This document shows, in pieces, positions 57,277 to 64,000 of a stretch of 64,000 nucleotides of DNA. The DNA comes from Octopus sinensis (taxonomy: Eukaryota): NCBI RefSeq assembly GCF_006345805.1, contig NW_021832411.1, positions 1 to 64,000 on the forward strand, in the 5' to 3' direction. The position numbers and the translations under genes are program-made. Each line of letters opens with the position of its first letter. Positions within the stretch are counted from its first letter, which is position 1. A model generated the notes under the pieces. That model was not told where the DNA came from. It worked only from the letters and a program-made list of their open reading frames with translations, and did no database searches.

Positions 57277-57580
57277 TATCGTAAGTTGAAGACGGGAAGG
57301 ATGACTTCCCTTGCAAATACTGACAGGACACAGATAGTGTGTCTATGGCCAGTGGAGGAGTGTGTCCTCCTGGGGCTAAAAACTACAGTAGCATCCCCCT
57401 TAGGGGTTAGCCATATTGAAATGGCAAATACGTCACGATGTGTTACGCTACTGTATATAACTCACTTTGATATTTATCATTGTTTGATTTCACTTTTTCA
57501 ATATCAGCGACAGTGGACGCTGGAAAAAGTATAAGATTTGTGAAGGAAGAAATCTAATTCTCGGCGACAACTATGATTGT

Positions 57581-57625
57581 CACACGCTGACGAGAGGTCA
57601 ATACCTCGAAACTCGAGTCCGTGTG
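57581..57625 (+). ncRNA. Type I hammerhead ribozyme, copy 4 (intact)
   Basis: CACACG-CUGACGA-GAGG-UCAAUA-CCUC-GAAA-CUCGAG-UC^CGUGUG; GUC at 57617-57619. Helix I extends beyond an internal loop (UAUGAU/AUCAUA). Confidence 0.93.
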
Positions 57626-57855
57626 TATCATAAGTTGAAGACGGGAAGGATGACTTCCCTTTGCAAATACTGACAGGACACAGATAGTGTGTCTATGGCC
57701 AGCTGGAGGAGTGTGTCCTCCTGGGGCTAAAAACTACAGTAGCAATCCACCCTTAGTGGTTAGCCATATTGAAATGGCAAAATACGTCACGATGTGTTAC
57801 CGCTACTGTATATAACTCACTTTGATATTTATCATTATATTATATATGTATATAT

Positions 57856-57898
<43 letters not shown>

Positions 57899-57994
57899 TG
57901 TTGTATTTCGGGATGGTCAATTTTATTTATTTCTTTTGCCAAATAAACACACGCTCTATATATTTTTATTCACTCGTTTATTACTGTTATTTTA

Positions 57995-58520
57995 ACTCAT
58001 GCCGGCAATGTGGCTAGCCAATTTATGGTTTGGTGGGATAGGAGACTCAAAGAGAAATTAGCAGAGAACTCCAAAAACCTAACCATGTACTCTTTACTGC
58101 GTGGATATTATCAACATAGTAGCCAGAGCACCCCTATAAGACAATGCTGATAATCTGGAAACATCTGCGACCCTATGGAAATTGGAAATACACATACAAC
58201 ACTTCATCCACCACATGCAGTTCTCTGGCTACAACCAAAGGGACAGGATTAGAGTGTACAAAGGAGCCAGGACTAAGTACAAAGCCGTCATAGAGATTGA
58301 TGCTAAGGAGATCTGCACGCTGTACAGGAGTAAATCCTGGAACAGCTCGGAAAGGACCAGTAATAAGATAAATAAGGCCAACTCTTGGTAAGACAACAAA
58401 AAGTACCAGAGTGTCATGTTCGTTGATGCCACCCCTGACGGCGAACTAGCATACCTTTTTAGGAAAACGTTAAGGCTAATCTACGAATTAAAGTAGTAGA
58501 GAGGCCTGATGTCCCTTTGA
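57995..58520 (+). pseudogene. Penelope-like element reverse-transcriptase remnant (palm motif C and thumb/C-terminal region), internally deleted
   Basis: Frameshifted pieces: ANL/MVWWDRRLKEKLAENSKNLTMY../VDIINIVA (RYVDD-like), then HFIHHMQFSGYNQRDRIRVYKGA..TLYRSKSWNSSER..K..KANSW*..SVMFVDATPDGELA..LRIKVVER. The pattern is recalled from invertebrate PLE RTs. Confidence 0.62.
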
Positions 58521-58854
58521 AATCCCTGATGAGAAGAGAGAGTGGGAAAATCCGTAAATAATACACAGAAACTTACAGGAAAATACACACGGAATAGACC
58601 TGTATGCACTTACCTGTGGTACTCACGAGATATAGAGATAGATGTATAAAAGAAGTAAATAAATAGATAAATAAATAAAGAAAGAAATAGATTTTAAAAT
58701 TTTATAAATATATCTGTCACATACCTGCGATAAATGTAAGACAGGTAGATAAAATAAATAAATAAATCTATATAAAGGGCAAGGATACATACAAAGCGCG
58801 AACCCATACACATACACACACGCACATAAAACTTCAACTAACACGGTCAGCGGC

Positions 58855-59290
58855 AAGTGTCTTCTTGGGCAAGTGCCTTCTACTATAGCCTCGGGCCGAC
58901 CAAAGCCTTGTGAGTGGATTTGGTAGACAGAAACTGAAAGAAGCCTATTGTATATGTTTCTTTATTACCCACAAGGGGCTAAACATAGAGGGGACAAACA
59001 AGGACAGACAAACGGATTAAGACGATTACATCGACCCCAGTGCTTAACTGGTACTTAATTTATCGACCTCGAAAGGATGAAAGGCAAAGTCGGTCTGTGT
59101 TTGTCCCTCCACCATCGCTTGACAACCGATTTTGATGTGTTTACGTCCCTGTAACTTAGCGGTTCGGCAAAAGACACCAATAGAATAAGTAGTAGACTCA
59201 CAGTGTATAACTCTTGGGGGTGATTTGCTCGACTAAAGGCGGTGCTCCAGAATGACCGCAGTCAAATGACTGAAACAAATAAAAGCATAA
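58855..59290 (+). mobile_element. Family C SINE with a 5'-truncated family A SINE nested in antisense (58955-59093)
   Basis: Family C blocks GGGCAAGTG..GAAAGAAGCC and TGTGTTTGTCCCTCCACCATCGCTTGACAACC flank an rc family A tail and body. Confidence 0.88.
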
Positions 59291-60238
59291 AAGACTATAT
59301 ATATTGCACGTTTGTTCTCTTCACCATTCGTTCTGACTTTCCATTGGCTCTTTCTGGTTTTCAATCCTACAGGACATTATATTTATCTTTGTTTTACCCA
59401 TACATGTCCGTTTTGCGTCTGCACGGAGTTTTTTCGTCGCATATATATAATTATTTTATTATGTCGCGTATTTTTGTCGTTGTCTTGTACGTTCGTTAGC
59501 TATTTTCAATTACTTCTTGCCATTGGCGCCGCCAAAATTGAATAATATCATCGTTAAAGGCGCGAAATTGTTATGATCTTTTGGATGATGGCTGTTGAGG
59601 AATTAGCTCTGAATTTTCCGTTTGTTGTGTTTTAGTTGATTTTTTGGAACATTATTTAAAGTAACGCCACGCACTTCAATGCTCGAAATGAGGAGTAGGT
59701 AGATAGCCAACAACTGATGTAGGGTCGTTTATATTGAACTAATTTGATTCGCATTTCATGTTGTTTACAGCTGGTGACGTCCTGTACCCATATATGCATC
59801 TGTATGTATGTATGTGTATATATATATATATATAATATAGATATATATATATATATATATATTTATATTATGGTGTGTGTTATGTATGTATGTTTGTTTG
59901 TTTCAGCGTTCTAATTGTCAAGCGTCTTGATTTAATATCATCTGTTGAAACTGAAGTAATTACAGCGTGGAAGGACTATTTTAGGCCTTTGAAAAAAAAT
60001 TCAGTTTTTATTCATTCCATGATGTGTCAAAATTTTCGTCCACTTCTGCGATCCTGTATGATCACTAACACAGTCCTGTTCCGCGGGAAAGATGTGGAAC
60101 AGTATCATGCGATAGGGTAATTTAGTGTGACGAAATAAATTCAAGAAATAAATAAAAGCGAATTTAACTATTTAACTGTGTTATACGGCTAAACTTACTC
60201 TTCTTTGATGTATATACGGGTGTGTAGTTGTCATAACT

Positions 60239-60282
60239 TGCCTGAAGAACTTGTGCAACCATAGGTGAAACTCAGAGTAGCA
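60239..60282 (+). ncRNA. Minimal type I hammerhead motif (GUA site), distinct family
   Basis: UGC-CUGAAGA-ACUU-GUGCAACCAU-AGGU-GAAA-CUC-A-GAG-UA^GCA; core complete, helix I only 3 bp. Confidence 0.62.
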
Positions 60283-60344
60283 CGAGACTGACTCGACCAA
60301 AGTAATATGTCATACAAGGAGCAAAAGTCTTTCATGGGATATAG

Positions 60345-60865
60345 ATTCACAAAGTGAAAATTTACAAAAAAAACAAGAGACGAAGACGGGAGTGTAAACA
60401 ACAAACAGATGTATTAGTTTAACGCTCGGGAAGTGAGAAAGTCTTACGTTTCGAGCCTACGCTCTTCGACAGAAAGGAACACAGAAATAAGCAGGGAGAG
60501 AAAACAGAAAAAGGTTTTGTGGCTAGCGATCTATTATGGTTTACTTCAAGTGCGGATTGAGAGAAACGACAATAGGAAAAAGCAGAAAGTACAAAAAAGT
60601 TCAGAAAAGTTCAAAAGGTTCAAACGTCGTGGTGTTTTGGAGCGATTTCACATCAAAGGAAGAGTCCAGTGTAATCCATGGGTAGGAGAGGTACAGCCGA
60701 AGTGTAGGAGTCCAGGTGTAGGAGAGGTAGAGAACTCAGGCAGAATAGTCCAAGAAAAGTTCGAAGTGGAGGAAGAGACAGGATAAAACTGGTGCGACCA
60801 GGTAAGCGTGTAATACATAGTGATGCCGGTTTCTCGGAGTCTGTGGCATATATATACCATACAGG
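60345..60865 (-). mobile_element. PLE-type 3' end/pseudo-LTR with variant hammerhead-like motif (60441-60475)
   Basis: rc UUU-CUGUCGA-A-GAGC-GUAG-GCUC-GAAAC-GUA^AGA; homologous to 7114-7240. The upstream reading frame ends ..PHGLHWTLPLM*. Confidence 0.5.
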
Positions 60866-61589
60866 ACGGGACGCCGGTCAGTCGCAGGATTACTCATGAA
60901 GTGTTTTGGTCAAGAACACAAACCATCGCTCAGTTCAGGAATCGAAACCACAATCTTATGATCAAGTGTGCAACATCTTAACCACTAAGCCACGGGCCTC
61001 CACACACACACACACAGACACACACACACACACACACACACAGAACGCACGCGTGCACAAACGTTGTTGCTGATATTGCCACAAGAAACCTCCTCCTAGC
61101 TACACGATCTGCATGAAATAGCCACGAAATCTTCCGCAAATATTCTCTCCTTTTAAAAATAGTAAAAAAAATGGACACGTTGAACAGTGCAGTCCACGTT
61201 ATACAAAACAATGCGATGGTCACATTTGAAATACCTTTCAGCATAAAGTTTTCCTTTACCAAGAACAATAACGACAACATTAAAATAACTGATATAATTA
61301 AGATAGTTGGGTTTTTTATTTCTTGTTAATTATCTTATGAATATCTAGCGCTTATTAAGAAAATTCTAAACATACTAAGTAACCGTCTGTCTATGAAGCG
61401 TTCCCTCTACGCCTCATTTATGGCCATACAGCGTGTCTTTTCAAAGTAAATTGACTATGTCCAGCTAACTCGAAATATGGGTGTTATTGTCGATCTAAAT
61501 GAAGCGTTAAAACTCGCCATTGAAACTTTACAAAGGGTAAAACGATATATAAGGTTTTGATAATGTGTCTACAAGTATTTATTTATTCA

Positions 61590-61628
<39 letters not shown>

Positions 61629-61789
61629 GGGCTGTCATGTTTTTTTAACCTTTTTATATTGTTTCATTGGGATTAGAAGGAAGGTGTGAATGATAATGTA
61701 TGATAATGTATTCATTGAAGTTTGTCTCCTGTTTTCTTCCCTTTGTCGTTGTTACTCTCTCTCCCTCCCTCCCTCCCTCTGCTCTCCCT

Positions 61790-61822
<33 letters not shown>

Positions 61823-63042
61823 GCGTTTGTGGTTTTGTATTTTTATACTTTTTATTTTGCATTGTTTTGTTAACTTTTTTTGCTTTTCTTTTAGTACATT
61901 ATTTATTGTCATTACTGGTTGTTGTTTTTTTTTCTTCTTGGTCACTAAACTCTGAGCTAATTAGTCAAGCTTTTATATACCACTTAAGATTTAGATCATT
62001 ATTTGCCTATAGGTGTGTATGTGTGCGCATGCTCACACACAAACATATGTGTATGTCTATGTGTGTATAATATATGTGTGTGTGTACGTATGCATATATA
62101 TATATATGCATGCGTATGAATATAAATGTATATACATACATAAGTAAGCCGACATATCTGTATGAGTATGTGCGTGTAAATATATATAATATATATATAC
62201 ACGTATGTATATAAATATATATATATATATATACTCACAAACACAAACTATATATATACATACACACGCATACAAACACTATTTGTATACATACATATAT
62301 AAATATACACTCACACGCATAAATACATCCTATATATATATATATATATATATTTTGATACTTTTCGGCCATTATTGGCCCAGGCCAAGTCTAACTTAAT
62401 AGCACCACCATATATATATATATAAGTATGTATGTATGTATGTATGTATATATTCACACACATACACATACCTATGTATATATATAAATGTATATACATA
62501 TACATACCACCTCAGTCATTTTTCTCTCCGTCGCTTTCTTTCTATTTTTGTATACGTATATGCGTCTGTTACTCTGCAGATGTAAGCCATGCCTTTATGT
62601 CTGTGTGTATGCGTATGTATTCAGCCGTACATATTTCTCTTCACACGTATCATACAAACTCCTTCAACTGTGAGAGGATTAGCTACAATAAGTCTATGTT
62701 ATAGTTTTACACTCAACTACGCTCTTCCATTGCTCTCCACATTTTTGGGGGGCTATAACTTACAAATCTGAATACGCCTATACCTCTACACCCCCAACCA
62801 CACACACAGCCACATACGGGTATCCCTATGTCTAATTCTCTTTTCATGTCTCCTTTAAATATCGCAAACCGAGTGAAACATTCTGAAAAATGATGTCTTT
62901 TTTATTCAGAAACAACTTGTAGAACTAAAGGCACCGCCCTTTATCTCTTTAACACCGACCCCTTTCTCTCTCTCTCTCTCTCTCCTCATATTATATATAT
63001 ATACATCCACACACACAAAATAGTCAGACAAAATATATCATA

Positions 63043-63105
<63 letters not shown>

Positions 63106-63153
63106 CATGCATACATACATATATATACATGCATACATACATATATATATACA

Positions 63154-63196
<43 letters not shown>

Positions 63197-63434
63197 TACA
63201 CATATATACATACATATATAATGTATGGATATATATAAATAAAACATCTTATATACATACATATATAATAAAAATGGATATTTATATGAAAAGCATTTAA
63301 TACATACATGCATTACATATATAATGTATATGGTTATATATAAACATGCAAAACATTTTATATATATAACATACATATATTTTCATATGTAAATTATATC
63401 TATAAAATGTATGTATGCATAATACATATAATAT

Positions 63435-63475
<41 letters not shown>

Positions 63476-63749
63476 TACATGTATAATAAATATGGTTACT
63501 TGTCTTTAAAAAAATCTTAGAAACTAGGAATTTGAAAATATAACTTTAGCATACAGACCACCAGGATTATATAACTTTAGCATACATACAGACCACCAGA
63601 TGGCAGCATTTAAGTCTGGCGTCGGACAGAATATTTGCCATAATCAAAATGATAATACTGGGTTAATTATTAACTACAACAATACCAAATGTCTCTAATG
63701 TTGCATTAACAGCAAGGGAATATCCATGGAATTACACCGATCGAGTTGT

Positions 63750-63954
63750 TTAACACTCTACCGTTTAAGTTACTCTGTCAAATATAATGCTTATTTACTC
63801 ACATTGTTCTGAATTAGAGATTTTTATGATATGATTGTTTATTATTGGATTGGCGTTGTGGGGTAGATGTGAGAGGTCAGATCTGGCTGGTTCGAATATA
63901 AAACAGATAGAATATTTGGGCCAGATATGGCTTGATTAATTGCTGGAGGGTTTG
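63750..63954. mobile_element. Short degenerate MITE, possibly piggyBac-like
   Basis: Begins TTAA-CACTCT..GTTTAA and ends TTAATTGCTGGAGGG-TT (imperfect TIR, TTAA at the left end). Confidence 0.4.
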
Positions 63955-64000
63955 TTAAAGATATTATGAAGACGACAGTATGTGTATATCATTACCTTTG

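Larger units (their letters stand above)
56350..57836. mobile_element. Hammerhead-containing ~350 bp tandem/inverted array (non-LTR retrozyme-like or PLE pseudo-LTR multimer) in (TA)n
   Basis: Left-facing units start at 56350, 56694 and 57046 (partial, to 57171). Right-facing units start at 57171 and 57515 (to 57836). Each complete unit carries one hammerhead; (TA)n flanks both ends. Confidence 0.88.

Noticed and set aside
57229-57534. 101-aa and 82-aa ORFs within the hammerhead array
   Set aside because: The frames depend on copy-specific indels and are not conserved between units.

Overview
This is an AT-rich, microsatellite-saturated animal window with no recognisable host protein-coding gene. 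Cephalopod (Octopus-like) origin is an inference from the repeat landscape and SINE types. It is a mosaic of tRNA-derived SINEs (at least 4 head/body types, about 45 copies or fragments), decayed Tc1/mariner transposases and MITEs, CR1- and Tx1/L1-type LINE fragments, Penelope-like (PLE) remnants, an 83-84 bp minisatellite and a ~1.4 kb tandem duplication. Nearly all long ORFs in the supplied track are microsatellite artefacts. The stand-out element is at 56350-57836: an array of a ~345-352 bp unit inserted in (TA)n, with 2.35 copies facing left and about 2 facing right. Each complete unit carries a canonical minimal type I hammerhead ribozyme (CACACG-CUGACGA-GAGG-UCAAUA-CCUC-GAAA-CUCGAG-UC^CGUGUG), with cleavage sites 348-349 nt apart. 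This is the architecture expected of a non-LTR retrozyme or PLE pseudo-LTR array able to yield a ~349-nt circular RNA. A decayed PLE reverse-transcriptase fragment lies about 150 bp downstream, and several other unrelated hammerhead-like motifs are scattered through the window. All alignments, counts and foldings were done by eye; family names rest on recalled motifs, not database searches.
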